Assembly (NCBI GenBank): GCA_016199485.1 | Contig: JACQGO010000135.1 | Coordinates: 1 to 42,898 of the forward strand | Source: Betaproteobacteria bacterium | GTDB lineage: Bacteria > Pseudomonadota > Gammaproteobacteria > Burkholderiales > SG8-41 | Direction of reading: 5' to 3' | Length of the DNA stretch: 42,898 nt | Part shown: positions 1 through 7,564 of the stretch, in pieces | Layout: every line of letters begins with the position of its first letter | Numbering within the stretch: the first letter of the stretch is position 1 | Made by a program: the position numbers and the translations under genes | Notes under the pieces: generated by a model | The model's input: the letters and a program-made list of their open reading frames with translations, nothing else | Told to the model about the DNA's origin: nothing | The model's database searches: none

Positions 1-34
1 GTTTCCGGTGGCGATCAATTTGGTTTTCAACCCC

Positions 35-418
35 CTACCCCCAACGGCCATTCTCCAACGCAGTCTTCCGGCTGTGGCAATCCCGACACAACGACTGGTG
101 ATTCGTCGGCTCCCAGAATAGCGGATCGGCTGGCCCGTTGACAGCGCGGATGTGATCCACCTGCGTGGCGGCGGTCGTTCGGCCATCGGCTACGCAACGG
201 GAGTGCTCCGACGAAGGCCCATCCAGCCGGTCGCCACAGAGCGGGTGCTGCCGCCGCCATGCGCGGCTGTACGCAGCCCACCGCGACCCGTAACCACGCT
301 CCTGCGCTGTTCCGCGGCGGGCATCCATCGCGCGCGCATGGGCAGGGCAATGGGTCTGACCAGGCGGCAACAGCGTCGAGCAGCCCGTGGCAGCACAATG
401 TTTCATGGCTGCGATCAT
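35..418 (-). CDS. Terminase-associated HNH endonuclease (HK97 gp74-like)
   Basis: C..GC..L....CP.H N-terminus, RGY..RW, HPLC, VDHI...W...NHQSLCRDCHSRKT; directly upstream of terS on the circular map. Confidence 0.92.
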   Translation of the reverse strand: MIAAMKHCAATGCSTLLPPGQTHCPAHARAMDARRGTAQERGYGSRWAAYSRAWRRQHPLCGDRLDGPSSEHSRCVADGRTTAATQVDHIRAVNGPADPLFWEPTNHQSLCRDCHSRKTALENGRWG

Positions 419-588
419 CGCTCAGGCTCCCTCATGTCGCACCGCTGCGGCCAGTCCGGGCACCAATACGACATGGTGACGCCGGGTGAATCACCGGAGA
501 AGTCTGACACGCCCCCGATCACCATCAGCGGTTTTCCGCACTTCGGGCAGGGCGGGGGCCAGTCAAGCGCGGTGTCGCTCAGGCACAT
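415..588 (-). CDS. Small Zn-ribbon hypothetical protein
   Basis: CPKCG...WCP...C; TGATG overlap with the upstream gene and an RBS-bearing junction motif. Confidence 0.6.
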   Translation of the reverse strand: MCLSDTALDWPPPCPKCGKPLMVIGGVSDFSGDSPGVTMSYWCPDWPQRCDMREPER

Positions 589-866
589 CACGTCTCTTTC
601 GGTCGGTGCTTGCCGCATGTGTGGCGATAGCCCTGAGCCGTCGGCGTCCCGCAGGTGACTTCCCGATGGCAGTTGGGCTCGTCGCACTCGCCTTCCGGGT
701 AGGGTTTGGGATCGGGCCAGCCCAGCGCCTCAAACGCATCCTCAAGCGCCGAGAGACCGCCCGTGTACAGGCTGAGGCGCCCATTGGTGCTGCGCCGGTA
801 GGCGAACTGATACACCATGGCCTTCAGGACATCGCGCATGGTCGGTGCATCATCAAGTATGGGCAT
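588..866 (-). CDS. Cys-rich hypothetical protein
   Basis: MPILDDAPT...CDEPNC...TCG....GYRHTCGKH; AAGGAGG RBS. Confidence 0.7.
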   Translation of the reverse strand: MPILDDAPTMRDVLKAMVYQFAYRRSTNGRLSLYTGGLSALEDAFEALGWPDPKPYPEGECDEPNCHREVTCGTPTAQGYRHTCGKHRPKET

Positions 867-880
867 CACGCCTCCTTGTG

Positions 881-1051
881 CTATCCAGTGTCCTCCTCCT
901 CCAGAGCCCGTTCCTGCATGCGCTCCTGCGCAACATCCATCTCGACATGCGAGCACGCAACGTTCAAGGGCACGCGAGCATCTACGAGGTAGATGTGCCT
1001 CTTGTGATAAATCCAATAGGCGTCACGCAACAAGTCGTACTCAGCCCACAT
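881..1051 (-). CDS. Hypothetical protein (56 aa, MWAEYDLLRDAYW...)
   Basis: Read manually (below the ORF-track cut-off); AAGGAG RBS and TGATG overlap; fills the gap in the operon. Confidence 0.55.
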   Translation of the reverse strand: MWAEYDLLRDAYWIYHKRHIYLVDARVPLNVACSHVEMDVAQERMQERALEEEDTG

Positions 1052-1242
1052 CACGTCTCCTTGTGCTGCTTCCAGGCTTTCGTCGCTGCGCGCATGGCGG
1101 CGCAGCCATCATCGTGGCCGCTCTTCCACGGTTCAATGCACCAGCAGTTGGCGTGACGACGCTGCATGCGCGGCTCGTAAGACCTGATCTGGAGCGCAGC
1201 GTGGCCCAGCATATCCGCGAGTTCGCGGTCAGTCAGTTCCAT
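1051..1242 (-). CDS. Hypothetical protein (CWC...H..GC motif)
   Basis: AAGGAG RBS; stop overlaps the next start. Confidence 0.65.
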   Translation of the reverse strand: MELTDRELADMLGHAALQIRSYEPRMQRRHANCWCIEPWKSGHDDGCAAMRAATKAWKQHKET

Positions 1243-1507
1243 CACGTCTCCTTGTTCTTGCCCTAACGCCGCTGCCACCGCAAGCGACGCATCGCTCTGG
1301 ACCAGCGAATGTCAAGGGTTCTCCGCTCCCTTCAACTCTTGCTCGCCGTATGCCCTTCCCGGTGCCCTCGCAAGAAGGGCACCGATCACGCACAATCCGC
1401 GCTTCCTGCACGCAATCCGGGTCCCCGGCCGGGTACTCCGGGTGCTCGGCTGCACGGATCAATCTATCCAGCAGGTCACGCGGGATGGTGACATTTGGAT
1501 CATCCAT
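1229..1507 (-). CDS. DnaJ-type CxxCxGxG zinc-finger protein
   Basis: CPSCEGTG and CVACGGSG repeats. Confidence 0.7.
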   Translation of the reverse strand: MDDPNVTIPRDLLDRLIRAAEHPEYPAGDPDCVQEARIVRDRCPSCEGTGKGIRRARVEGSGEPLTFAGPERCVACGGSGVRARTRRRDGTD

Positions 1508-1739
1508 TGCTTTCCTTGTGCTTGCCGGTGCCGTTGCAGTCGGGGCATGGCTGCAAGCACGGGTACTCGTGGATCAGATGGTGTGTGAATCCCCGGCACC
1601 CCGTTCCGTCGCACCGCTCACACTTGTCGAGTTCGGCGCGGGCAGCCGACACCGCTTCATCGGCATTCCGCACTGGACGGCCAGCCAGCGCCGCCTCAGC
1701 GACTTGGTAAAGCCGCTCGAACACTTCGCGCTTTGTCAT
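1500..1739 (-). CDS. DnaJ-type zinc-finger protein, paralogue of 1736-1984
   Basis: REVFE.LY...AAR.ELDKCE.C...CPDCNGTGKHK. Confidence 0.72.
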   Translation of the reverse strand: MTKREVFERLYQVAEAALAGRPVRNADEAVSAARAELDKCERCDGTGCRGFTHHLIHEYPCLQPCPDCNGTGKHKESNG

Positions 1740-1984
1740 GGAGCGTCCTTGTGCTTGCCGGTGCCGTTGCATATTGAGCAAGGCAAAATCTGCCAGCGTG
1801 TTCCAGGTGGATTGGTCCGTATTAGAGTACGGAGTTCTTTCTTACCACAGCACCACTCGCATTTATCAAGCTCAACACGGGCTGCGAGCATCGCCGCGTC
1901 AAGCGTGCGCCATCGGCAGTCCTCGGCAAGCTCGTCGCAAGCTGCGTAGAGCTGCTCGAACACTTCCCGCTCATGGCTATTCAT
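1736..1984 (-). CDS. DnaJ-type zinc-finger protein, paralogue of 1500-1739
   Basis: REVFEQLY...AARVELDKCEWC...CSICNGTGKHK. Confidence 0.72.
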   Translation of the reverse strand: MNSHEREVFEQLYAACDELAEDCRWRTLDAAMLAARVELDKCEWCCGKKELRTLIRTNPPGTRWQILPCSICNGTGKHKDAP

Positions 1985-2002
1985 CTTGGCATTCCCCTTT
2001 GT

Positions 2003-2614
2003 TCACAACCAGCCCGCGCTCGTCCTCTTGGAGCATAATGCAAGCCTCCGCTGGCCCTTGCGATTCTGCCCACTCCGCCTGCCACCGTAATCGCGCCTGC
2101 CGTAGAAGAGCCCCGTGCGCCGATCTGTCATGCGTCGCTCCTCGTGGTAGCCACAATAGCCTCGCTGTCTGTAGCGTGTGCCCGTTGGACATGGTGTTGC
2201 ACCAGCGTAGTGCAGCCACCTTTCACCGCGTAGGCAAACCTGTCTGCTGGGCGTGCATCCGCACCACAGGTTGTACTCTTCGGTTGGCGATGGCTTTGGT
2301 GTGGATGTTTGAGCAAACACCTGTAGCAGCCCCTCCAACTCGGCGATGCGCTTCTGGCCCTTGGCCCATCCGTGGTCACAGCCGCGCCACCATGCGGGGC
2401 AGGCGCCATCGGTTGTGTCGAACGTGGCGGAATTGCAGATATCCTCCCGCGCCTTTTCCAAGGAGGCGACGCGGGCGCGGAGGACGGCAATCTCGTCCTC
2501 ATGCTCCGGCGCTCGCGCGTTCCAGCAATCGAGGCAATAGCCGCCATACTTCGTGCCGTAGAAATTCGGCCTGCCGCAGTTCTTGCAGGCTGGTGCCTCA
2601 CTTTGGTTTTTCAT
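2003..2614 (-). CDS. Cys-rich/coiled-coil mosaic hypothetical protein
   Basis: CKNCG...YCLDC, coiled coil, TDGACPAWWRG; GAGG RBS; the C-terminal end is uncertain. Confidence 0.6.
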   Translation of the reverse strand: MKNQSEAPACKNCGRPNFYGTKYGGYCLDCWNARAPEHEDEIAVLRARVASLEKAREDICNSATFDTTDGACPAWWRGCDHGWAKGQKRIAELEGLLQVFAQTSTPKPSPTEEYNLWCGCTPSRQVCLRGERWLHYAGATPCPTGTRYRQRGYCGYHEERRMTDRRTGLFYGRRDYGGRRSGQNRKGQRRLALCSKRTSAGWL

Positions 2615-2993
2615 ACGCTTCCTCTAGAGGCCCGCTTGTTACTTGCCACCGACCTTGATCGTCTTTTACTTCACAGCGGATATTTCTATCGTCCATTGCG
2701 ATTTCGACAGCCTCCTGCAAGCGATCCTCTTCTCCGGAGCGACGCGCGATTTCCGCGCGAAGCCAAGCCTTGAAGATGGATGATTCAGCCATTTTGCGGA
2801 ACGCGGCATGGCGATTCTGCAACTGGCTACGCTGCTCTTGTGCAAACGCCGATGCTCCTGATGCCCGATGCGTCACACGAACGGCGTTGCTGGTTTTGTT
2901 GCGCTTCTGTCCACCAGCACCAGAACCGCGAATGTATTCCCAATCACAGTCATCAGCAGTGACCCGCAGAATCAATTTCCTATCGTTCATCAT
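2598..2993 (-). CDS. Stand-alone class I release-factor catalytic (RF-1/GGQ) domain protein
   Basis: RGSGAGGQKRNKTSNAVRVTH..SG.....QEQRSQLQNR matches RF domain 3; GGAGG RBS. Confidence 0.9.
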   Translation of the reverse strand: MMNDRKLILRVTADDCDWEYIRGSGAGGQKRNKTSNAVRVTHRASGASAFAQEQRSQLQNRHAAFRKMAESSIFKAWLRAEIARRSGEEDRLQEAVEIAMDDRNIRCEVKDDQGRWQVTSGPLEEAYEKPK

Positions 2994-3250
2994 CCCTCCA
3001 ACTCGCTCGCGCGGCGCACCAGCGCCCGCATGTGGTCCGCGAAGCGCCGCTCGTGCCGGGTGAGATTCTTGCCGCTCCGGCCCCGGTAGCAGCGGTAGGC
3101 CCGCGACCAGAACGGCGGCGGATTTTCCGCTAGGCGCAGAGGGAGGCGCCTTCGGCAATGCGCACAAGCACGAATGCCGCTGTGAGGCCGATTACAAGTA
3201 TCGCTGTCATTGCGAGTGCAAACCGGCCCCATGGCCCGATTCTCCACCAC
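2990..3250 (-). CDS. Hypothetical protein
   Basis: ORF with CAHC; stop overlaps the start of the RF-like gene; start uncertain. Confidence 0.4.
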   Translation of the reverse strand: MVENRAMGPVCTRNDSDTCNRPHSGIRACAHCRRRLPLRLAENPPPFWSRAYRCYRGRSGKNLTRHERRFADHMRALVRRASELEG

Positions 3251-3276
3251 CAGCGGTCGAAGTTGTGGCGACTCAT
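3130..3276 (-). CDS. Small membrane protein
   Basis: MSRHNFDRWWW...FALAMTAILVIGLTAAFVLV; ATGA overlap with the upstream gene. Confidence 0.55.
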   Translation of the reverse strand: MSRHNFDRWWWRIGPWGRFALAMTAILVIGLTAAFVLVRIAEGASLCA

Positions 3277-3425
3277 TTCTTGCACGCGATGGCGAGGAGC
3301 GCAGCTACTATGCCCACGCCGAGATAGTAAACCGCTTGATTGAGGTCTACGGGCTGGGCCAACTTTACACTCGCCCAGCCCACACTTCCCCACGCCGCAA
3401 GCATCCACGCGATTCGGTAACTCAT
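3273..3425 (-). CDS. Small 2-TM membrane protein (50 aa)
   Basis: Read manually: MSYRIAWMLAAWG...YYLGVGIVAALLAIACKK; GGAGG RBS. Confidence 0.55.
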   Translation of the reverse strand: MSYRIAWMLAAWGSVGWASVKLAQPVDLNQAVYYLGVGIVAALLAIACKK

Positions 3426-3610
3426 ACCGCCTCCTCCCCGAACAGTTTCTTGTAGGCGCGCTTGGCACGGCTAAGGGCGGTCTTGGCAGCACGCCACTTC
3501 CCGCGCGGTATCACGGCTTCCGCGTTCTCCAAGGCCCGAATCGTGCGGAGCCATTCGTTCTGGACACACTCCTGGTACCCGGCACTCCACACACCGCTTT
3601 CTTGGCTCAT
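3422..3610 (-). CDS. Hypothetical protein
   Basis: Operon-packed ORF with ATGA overlap. Confidence 0.55.
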   Translation of the reverse strand: MSQESGVWSAGYQECVQNEWLRTIRALENAEAVIPRGKWRAAKTALSRAKRAYKKLFGEEAV

Positions 3611-3636
3611 GTCCAGTCCGGGGTCTTGGGGCTGTC

Positions 3637-3864
3637 CTATGCCTGTTCGCTTGGATCAGACCAGTCCGGCTTACCGGGGTTGTCCATCGCGCGGTCAATA
3701 GCGCGAGCAAGGGTCGTGGCTTCCCAGAATCCAATTTTGGTTCTCCTGCGGACAGACCATGTCCCGTCACCGCTATGGTCTACAAACCAGAGGTTCTTCT
3801 GCATCCAGCGCATACGTTCGGCGTCGGTATGCCCCATGCCATTCACCTTTCTATCAATTTCCAT
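3637..3864 (-). CDS. Hypothetical protein (DAER.RW...L..AID.AM type, common in phages)
   Basis: DAERMRWMQKN...TLARAIDRAM. Confidence 0.6.
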   Translation of the reverse strand: MEIDRKVNGMGHTDAERMRWMQKNLWFVDHSGDGTWSVRRRTKIGFWEATTLARAIDRAMDNPGKPDWSDPSEQA

Positions 3865-4009
3865 TTGCCGCGTTGTGGCTCAAATCGCGCATGGCACCTA
3901 CGGCAGCCGCAGGTTCCGCCTAGATAAACCAAGGTCGAATTGGTGGAAGTGCGTCGTTGCCAGCAAAGCATCTTCCATCGACACATCGGGCATGGCACGC
4001 CTTTGACTT

Positions 4010-4324
4010 TCATTCTTTTTCAGCCTCCAGTGCGGCGGGGCAGGGCTGGCCATCGGGATCACCATCCGGAGGCGCGTGTTGTTCTTTTCCGTATTCCCAC
4101 TCGCTGCCACAGGTGAGACATCCACGCCGGTTGGGTCTTGCCAATGTGGACGTGTTGACGATGGTTCGATCCCGCAGCGCCGTCAACCGTCGCGCGCTCA
4201 TGGCGCGGGCCTCAGCAAGCTCGGCCTCCAGGGCGGCGATGTGCCCTGCCAGTCCCTCCTCGTCCGGGCTTCGGTACAAGGCAATCATCAGTTCAGAATC
4301 GCTCATCCGCTTCGGCTCGCTCAT
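4010..4324 (-). CDS. Coiled-coil/Zn-binding hypothetical protein
   Basis: IAALEAELAEA coiled coil; CLTC...H...CP. Confidence 0.65.
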   Translation of the reverse strand: MSEPKRMSDSELMIALYRSPDEEGLAGHIAALEAELAEARAMSARRLTALRDRTIVNTSTLARPNRRGCLTCGSEWEYGKEQHAPPDGDPDGQPCPAALEAEKE

Positions 4325-4447
4325 TTCGGGAACTCCTTGTGTCCACGCCCATCATCACGGCCCAGATCGTCTCGCTGCTCCGGCCGGTGTCGTCGCCGAG
4401 CAGCCATTCCACGGGCTCCATCTCCACTCTCCTCAGCAGTAATTGGT

Positions 4448-4729
4448 TCAGTATCCTCGTCTCGCCTTCACAAGTTTCACGGCATATCCTCGCCATTTGA
4501 TGCTCGGCAGCGTGATTTCTTTATCCTTGAGCATCTGCTTGAGTACATCCACGCAGGCGGGTGAACATCCCGTCAACATATCGGCCGGGCAAGTATCCTC
4601 CATCAGAATCGAGCCGTAGTTCATCCACCCGGATTGCCATACATCCTCACGATGGCAACAGTCACAATGCCAGATTTGGCGTCCATTGGCTAATGCACGC
4701 ATACCATCTATTGGCCTTGCATAGCTCAT
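4448..4729 (-). CDS. Cys-rich hypothetical protein
   Basis: CDCC...W...W...CSPAC; TGATG overlap with the RuvC-like gene. Confidence 0.65.
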   Translation of the reverse strand: MSYARPIDGMRALANGRQIWHCDCCHREDVWQSGWMNYGSILMEDTCPADMLTGCSPACVDVLKQMLKDKEITLPSIKWRGYAVKLVKARRGY

Positions 4730-5271
4730 CAGAAGGGCCTCAGAGCCTCGTCCACGTCGTCGATGTCGGTCGCCACTACAGCGGCGCCTCCGTTGAGGTG
4801 CCGGTGGCCCCACAGGGCGATCAGGGCCGCGTCAGCGCGGCCGTCGCGCAACCGGAAGTCCTGTCCTGGGAACTGCTGCCGCGCGGCCTGGAGCAGCCGT
4901 TCCTTGTGCGCCTTGGGCGGCTCCTTAGGCTTCCGGGTGATGAACTCGTACTGCCACTTCTGGGCCGTCGTTTCGTCGAATGGGATGCCAGCGGACGTGA
5001 GCGCCATCAGCCATAGCCCGTAGCCGTAGCCGATGGTGACGGCGCTGCTGCGGCCCTGGCCCGGCATGGCCTGCTGGCGCTCGATCACAGCCCGCGCGGC
5101 GTCCAGCCTCATAAGACAATGCCGCGTGCAATCCAGTAGCATGTCGAGCATGGCGGCACGGTTGTACTCGCCGCCCAGCAGCGGGGTTCTCTCCGCCTTC
5201 ACGATCAGCCCCTCTCGGTCGAGCAGCACCAGGGCGCCGGACTTGCCAGGGTCGATCCCGATGGTGTTCAT
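4729..5271 (-). CDS. RuvC-like Holliday junction resolvase
   Basis: IGIDPG.SG, VIE, G.GYG.W, DGRADAALIA. Confidence 0.88.
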   Translation of the reverse strand: MNTIGIDPGKSGALVLLDREGLIVKAERTPLLGGEYNRAAMLDMLLDCTRHCLMRLDAARAVIERQQAMPGQGRSSAVTIGYGYGLWLMALTSAGIPFDETTAQKWQYEFITRKPKEPPKAHKERLLQAARQQFPGQDFRLRDGRADAALIALWGHRHLNGGAAVVATDIDDVDEALRPF

Positions 5272-7271
5272 GGCGCGTCCAGCAGGGAGAGTTGTCCGGC
5301 GGCTTCGGCGGCCACGGCTTCCGGGCCTTTGGCGGCGACTTCGCAGGCGTGGGCGATGCGGGCGCGGGACAGTTCGACGTACTCGGCCTCGCGTTCGATG
5401 CCGAGGAAGCGGAAGCCCTCGATCGAACACGCCTTGCCGGTCGAGCCGGAGCCCATGAACGGATCGAGCACCAGCCCGCCGGGCGGCGTCACCAGCCGCA
5501 CCAGCCATCGCATCAGATCGGTCGGCTTGACCGTCGGGTGGGTGTTGCGAGCGAACGGCATCTTCCGTTCTGTGCCATCCTGACGGAGAGGCATACCCTC
5601 TCCACTCCAATGTGTGACTTGGGTTTCCGTCTCGCGGAGTCCCGCCTCGCGGTCTTCGCGGCTCGCCTTCGCCGTGTAGAAGAAGCGAGCGGCGGAACCG
5701 GAGTCGCCTCGGGCAGGGGCAGCGCCGCGCAGATTGAATGTCCCGTAAGCATTGCCGTTACGCGGCTCTATCGAGGTTGGTTCGCGGCCGGTAACGTCAC
5801 CGGCCTGTCCAGCCGAATCAGGAAACCCCGCCAGCACCTCGTCGCTCCCGTCATGCACCACGTTCGCGGGCCAGCGGCCGAGCCCATCGACAGGCAATCC
5901 ACGCTTTCCATTGAGGCCATCGCCTAGCACTCGCGCCCCGGCCCCGGCCCCGGCCCCAGCCGTTCCACCTTCAACTCCGATCCTGCACCCGTCGATGTTC
6001 AGCGCACCGGTGCCGTGCTTCGCGACGTTTGCGGCGACCGTGCCATCCAGCGGCTTGCGGGCGACCGCAATGTACTCAAGCCCTACGCCCCCGTCCGGGA
6101 AGGCCGCCAGATGCCGCGCGATAGCAGGTACGGTTGCAAAATGTTCTCGGGTGACGCGCCACTTCGTGACCTCGGCGTTGAAAGCTACAACCGCAATGGA
6201 GGCAATGGCACTCAACAAATATCCCGGTTTGTGGGCCTCGATGATGGCGGCGGGTGTGATCTCCGACAGACAGCACTTCAAGATTTTCAAGTCGATTGTC
6301 GTGCTTGATTCCGTTTCGGTGGTGGACGTGTTCCCATCGTTCCAGGCGTCGGCCAAGATGCTTTTCCATGAGCGCACGGTGCTCAAGCTGGAAATCGTCG
6401 CCAATGCGAACAGCGACGTACCCATCGCTCCTGACAAAGCGGCCTGTGTACTCTGCCGCCCGCCGGCAGGCCATTGAGCAGAAGCGCACGCCGCGTCGTA
6501 TTCGCTTGGGCTTAACGCAAAACTCTCTACCGCAATGCTCGCAGGTAACAGCGACCATAAGCACCCTTCCAATCTCGTTAGATGGGAGCCTATTGTTGCA
6601 TAGAGTTCTTCGCTTGGCAATGGTTTGCGCGCCTTGATGATGATTTCATGTCCAGGTTTCAGCGCCGTGCCCCAGCCATTCCATTTGACGCCCTCCGGTG
6701 TGGCTGGGATTGTACGCTCCCAATCGATCATAGGGCGTTGTTCACTTGCACCGTGGAAATTACCGCCGCGTTTATCGGAACGGCGTTCTATCCCCACCAC
6801 TTCTCGCTCCGCCCCAGCCCCCCGATCGATGGCCTTGCTCACATTCAACGATTTCGGGAAGCCCTGGCCGAACAGCCAGCAGAGCGTATCCCGCAGCTCG
6901 AACCCGGCATCCTCCAGCGCGCACATCAGGCGATGGAACCGGCGCGGCGAGCCGAAGCAGAGCAGGTGCCCACCTGGCTTGAGCACGCGCAGGCATTCCG
7001 CGAACGCGGCGGCCATGGCGTGCTGGTACTCGTCGTCCCGGCGCGGATCGTATTCCCCTGCGTGCATTGATCCGCAGCGTTCTCGCGTTTTGTGGTAATC
7101 CATACCGATAGGACCGCCGAATTTGTCCCAGGTCTTGCCCATGAAGTGCAGGCCGTAGGGCGGATCGGTCACGACGGCATCCACGCTCGCCTCCGCCAGC
7201 GTGGGCAGCACCTCCAGGGAGTCGCCCCGGTAAAGGACGTGCGGCCCGATCTCGATGCGCTCGAAGGTCAT
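5268..7271 (-). CDS. Orphan N6/N4 DNA methyltransferase (beta class) with a 190-codon in-frame insertion
   Basis: GDSLEVL, VTDPPY (motif IV), GFPKS, GWGTALKP, HPTVKP, VLDPFMGSGSTG (motif I); duplicated ARKPL flanks the insert. Confidence 0.93.
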   Translation of the reverse strand: MTFERIEIGPHVLYRGDSLEVLPTLAEASVDAVVTDPPYGLHFMGKTWDKFGGPIGMDYHKTRERCGSMHAGEYDPRRDDEYQHAMAAAFAECLRVLKPGGHLLCFGSPRRFHRLMCALEDAGFELRDTLCWLFGQGFPKSLNVSKAIDRGAGAEREVVGIERRSDKRGGNFHGASEQRPMIDWERTIPATPEGVKWNGWGTALKPGHEIIIKARKPLPSEELYATIGSHLTRLEGCLWSLLPASIAVESFALSPSEYDAACASAQWPAGGRQSTQAALSGAMGTSLFALATISSLSTVRSWKSILADAWNDGNTSTTETESSTTIDLKILKCCLSEITPAAIIEAHKPGYLLSAIASIAVVAFNAEVTKWRVTREHFATVPAIARHLAAFPDGGVGLEYIAVARKPLDGTVAANVAKHGTGALNIDGCRIGVEGGTAGAGAGAGARVLGDGLNGKRGLPVDGLGRWPANVVHDGSDEVLAGFPDSAGQAGDVTGREPTSIEPRNGNAYGTFNLRGAAPARGDSGSAARFFYTAKASREDREAGLRETETQVTHWSGEGMPLRQDGTERKMPFARNTHPTVKPTDLMRWLVRLVTPPGGLVLDPFMGSGSTGKACSIEGFRFLGIEREAEYVELSRARIAHACEVAAKGPEAVAAEAAGQLSLLDAP
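6076..6564 (-). CDS. HNH homing endonuclease nested in the -1 frame within the methyltransferase gene
   Basis: CEHC...FCSMAC; GYV...EHRALME..LGRRL...EHVHHRNGIKHDNRLENL; CLHC...FCNRTC; own GGAAGG RBS (ATG at 6558 or GTG at 6564). Confidence 0.9.
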   Translation of the reverse strand: MLMVAVTCEHCGREFCVKPKRIRRGVRFCSMACRRAAEYTGRFVRSDGYVAVRIGDDFQLEHRALMEKHLGRRLERWEHVHHRNGIKHDNRLENLEVLSVGDHTRRHHRGPQTGIFVECHCLHCGCSFQRRGHEVARHPRTFCNRTCYRAASGGLPGRGRRA

Positions 7272-7564
7272 CCGATCCGCTCCCATGCGTCGTGAAAGCC
7301 GCCCGGCATGCGGTCGGGGCCGTGCGGGGAGCCCACATCGGGCCTGCGACCGTCCGGGGCCGGCGGGAGCTTGGGCACCGGGCCGTGCAGCGCGACCCAC
7401 TCCGCCACCGTGCGCGCCGGGGCGCTGCCGGGCGGGCGGGTGCGCAGCGGTCTGCCGTAGCGCGTTTGGCTACCATGGCGCCCCTCGTGCAGCATCGCTC
7501 GCAAGCGTCGGATCGTCTCCCGGGCGCAAGCCAGGTGGCGACCTGCAAGGTCATCGAGATTCAT
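7268..7564 (-). CDS. Hypothetical protein
   Basis: Operon-packed; overlaps both neighbours. Confidence 0.5.
   Translation of the reverse strand: MNLDDLAGRHLACARETIRRLRAMLHEGRHGSQTRYGRPLRTRPPGSAPARTVAEWVALHGPVPKLPPAPDGRRPDVGSPHGPDRMPGGFHDAWERIG

Larger units (their letters stand above)
586..1771 (-). repeat. Recurrent gene-junction motif (consensus GCACAAGGAGACGTGATG) plus a 26-bp exact repeat
   Basis: Motif variants end at the starts at 588, 866, 1051, 1242, 1507 and 1739. TCCTTGTGCTTGCCGGTGCCGTTGCA occurs at 1513-1538 and 1746-1771. Confidence 0.8.

Noticed and set aside
586-1771. CRISPR array
   Set aside because: The repeats are short, degenerate and RBS-containing, and they are separated by 170-280-nt ORFs; no cas genes.
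2598-2993. Stop-codon reassignment linked to the release-factor-like gene
   Set aside because: Core genes are intact in the standard code and use all three stops; the protein lacks a codon-recognition domain.
5933-5960. GCCCCG hexamer run in the MTase
   Set aside because: Encodes a Gly-Ala linker, in frame, with no sign of phase variation.
6048-6632. Intein or group I intron as the explanation for the MTase insert
   Set aside because: No Cys/Ser start or His-Asn end in the MTase frame, the HNH is in another frame, and there is too little non-HNH sequence for a ribozyme core. Not formally excluded without a covariance search.
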